64,000 nucleotides of DNA from Tubulanus polymorphus. Lineage: Eukaryota > Animalia > Nemertea. Both the position numbers and the translations under genes were made by a program. Positions 61,343 to 64,000 of the stretch are shown here, in pieces (position 1 is the stretch's first letter; the number at the start of each line of letters is the position of its first letter). Below the pieces are notes generated by a model. It searched no databases, was not told the DNA's origin, and saw only the letters and a list, made by a program, of their open reading frames with translations. The DNA lies in assembly GCF_964204645.1 (NCBI RefSeq), contig NC_134030.1, forward strand, positions 14,006,656 to 14,070,655. The letters are read 5' to 3'.

Positions 61343-64000
61343 CCCTTTCGTGACCGCATTATATGTTCTCTAATGGCCCGGAGGTATTTTGACCATATTT
61401 GACCTGTATACATAATGATCCCAGGAAAAAGATATGACTTACAGACAGCTTGTATGAACATACTATCTACATAGAAAACATATGGGGCTATCTTTTCCTG
61501 CAAAAAAAATTAGTGACCTTGACCCCCAGGTCAAGGTCACGTGATCCGATATGGCTGCCGAAGCAACATTTTTCGACTAAAATTATACGGAAACGACCAC
61601 TACACAACTAAAAACATAAAACAAAGTTTATTTTGAACATCAACTGGTCTACTAACAGCACTGTAACTATCAAACATGGGAAGAATCAACAACTTCAGTT
61701 TTTACTGAAAAGAAAATATTTTTCGCGCCCCCTTATTTCTGGGTCAAACCTGAAAATCACAATAAACATAGAACCCCACACAAAATTTCACAGCTTTCAA
61801 TCTTAGAATAGTGAAATAACACTATAAATCCCCTAGAATTGAAGAAGAACCTTTGGTATGCCTTATAAATATCTCTTTATGTTTTCTTTTTATACCCTTA
61901 TACCATAGGTAAGCTGATTTTCAAGTTTTACCGAAAAGCGCAATTTATCTGTAAAACTTATATACATACTTTGTCATCCTATTGAATGTGAAGAAATAAA
62001 AGTTAGATCCTACCTTATCAGTTCTTTTTTCATGTTATTTAGTTGTATTCTTACACAATAATCCATTCAATAGTCTGTATTGTCCACGGGTTCTACTCCA
62101 TAGTCCAGCACATTGTGATAGACCTAGAAACAGTCGGACTCTACGTGTAATCCAGGATGATCTGGGCAGTTGACACAAATGAATACAGTTTCCTTTGGTT
62201 TTCCATTAGCCGTTCAAAATCCACGGGCATAGCAAACCCTACAAATCTTAGTTTTGCGCCTCGCACCTGATGGGATGTTGCCTCGAGCTCTCGGGAAGTG
62301 GCGTCCGGTTAAACGAGTTACAGTAGTATCCCGAAGTACACTGGCACTGAGACGTAGAGATGATATCAACAGAATAGCTATAACATCTTTGAGAAATCCA
62401 AGAAACTCATTTCTCGGGTACGACATCTTACAAACTTTGTGAGCATTCAAGGCTGCTAGCATAAGTAAGTGAACGGCTAGTTTAATGCTCCATTTGTACG
62501 TTTTCCGAACAGTATGAATTGAGTGGAGCTGTTGGTCGGTTTGATCTACACCTCCCATCTTATGATTGTAATCAATTACCGCTTTTGGCTTTATAATTTC
62601 TCTATTTTTGTGGTCAAACTTTACAAGTTCTGTAACTGGCATGTGTTTTGTTGATAGCATATGTACAATTTTGGGTTTACCACTAGCTTTACCGTTGATA
62701 CCTCGAAACTTAATAGCTAAAACTTGAGGCGTCTTCTCAACAGAGAAAGCCATTTTACCTTAGTCCACAGGCAACAGTTTCAAATCTGCTGGAAACATCT
62801 TACGATTGTTCCTACAAGTATCGACAATGTAAATTCCTTGATCTAACAACCATTTAGCCAAGTGCGGTGAGGTATAATAATTGTCCACAATAAGACAGCG
62901 ACCCATATGGTGATGTGGTTCCATCAGAGTACCGACAATTTTCTCAGTTGCAGAAAGTTTCTCAAAACCTGGTGTCTCATTTGGCTCTGCAGAGCCACAG
63001 TAAACCAAAAAGTCAATTGTGTAACCATTTGGTGTACATAACTTGTACAGTTTCATCCCAAAACGCGCTCGTTTTGTTTTGATATAAACTTTGAAGTGTA
63101 AACGACCTTTATAGAGGAGCAAGGATTCATCGATACAAACATCTGGGCCGGGCTCAAGCATCGCACGAAATTTGCGTCGAAAGAAATCTATTAGAGGGCG
63201 AACTTTATATAGACGGTCGCGATTAGCATCTGCTTGGTCTGGCATCTGATCATTATCATTGAAATGCAAGAAACGTACGAGTTCAAACCTGTTCCTCGTC
63301 ATTGTTTGGCTAAAAATTGCTGTATGGAAAAGTTCATTTGCACTCCAATTCATCCGCATCGACGGAAAATTGTGTATTCCCATCAGCATTACAAGACCGA
63401 TAAATGTTTTGATTTCTGGCAAATCCACATCTTTCCATTCAAATGGCACTTCTTCACCGTTGGCCGCTATGTATTGACGCGCGTACCGGTTTGTTTCCCG
63501 TATAATCAGATATAAAAGTTCATCCGTAACGAAAATATTATAGAAATCGATGGGTTTAGGGTTATCATTTTCGTTAAAACGATGCCTTAGACGTTCTACA
63601 GCTGTAACTGGAATATTTTTAGGTGCATATCCAGTCACAGTGTCAGTCCAGTTCCAAGGATTAGGCCTTACATGTTGCACAACGACATTCCCACCACAGC
63701 TACGTCCCCTGCCACGTCCCCGACCATGTCCACGTCCCATACCACGAGCTCCACGGGCAGCATCAGCAACACGGGGTGGACTGGGACTAGGTGATTGGCT
63801 ACAACTATCTCTAGGCCTAATTGGGCCTGCAGTTCTCTGTCTTGGATGCCCTCTCGCTACAGGCTGAGCGACAGAATCATTACTTTCATCAGATGAGTGT
63901 TCAGCGTAACCATGGCAACTGGATAGGCACTAAGTGAACTATCATCTAAAAGACTGTCATCATATAATTCATCTGAATCAGAATCGTACTCATCACTTGC
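61343..64000 (-). mobile_element. piggyBac transposon (one end visible), antisense within a TRAF3IP1 intron
   Basis: TTAA (61339-61342) followed by a CCC terminus. Transposase remnant on the minus strand. Confidence 0.88.
62066..64000 (-). pseudogene. piggyBac (PGBD4-like) DDD transposase with in-frame stops
   Basis: DESLL, DNYY and GGVDQTDQ catalytic motifs. C-terminal CRVC...CVNC...GLH..DCF. Stops at 62760, 62214 and within the Cys-rich tail. The acidic N-terminus runs off the window. Confidence 0.9.

Noticed and set aside
62214-63740. Domesticated PGBD fusion exon of TRAF3IP1
   Set aside because: It is antisense to the gene and has multiple in-frame stops.

Overview
Eukaryotic (animal, probably marine invertebrate) genomic window made mostly of repeats. 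It holds an ~89-bp satellite array (1-6.6 kb) and several Helentron-type (HINE/DINE-1-like) non-autonomous elements. It also holds three distinct Ty3/gypsy LTR retrotransposons: A (+, 14078-23866), B (-, 23867-~31.6 kb) and C (-, 41238-49892, internally deleted), plus a solo LTR of A. Non-autonomous DNA transposons with readable TSDs (MULE-like, Merlin-like, ISL2EU-like) are nested among these. The right end has the first four coding exons of the ciliary gene TRAF3IP1/IFT54 and a decayed intronic piggyBac. Main candidate novelty: all three divergent gypsy families use a tRNA-Leu PBS and carry, in the env position behind a splice acceptor, a non-Env ORF3. ORF3 has a C2HC+C2H2 zinc-finger pair, a Pro/Ser/Thr linker and a C-terminal HxH...CxxC module. 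Their long LTRs (~2 kb in A and C) contain short-motif arrays, clearest in C, suggesting an element-encoded sequence-specific regulator with cognate target arrays. All coordinates were read by eye; no database searches were run.
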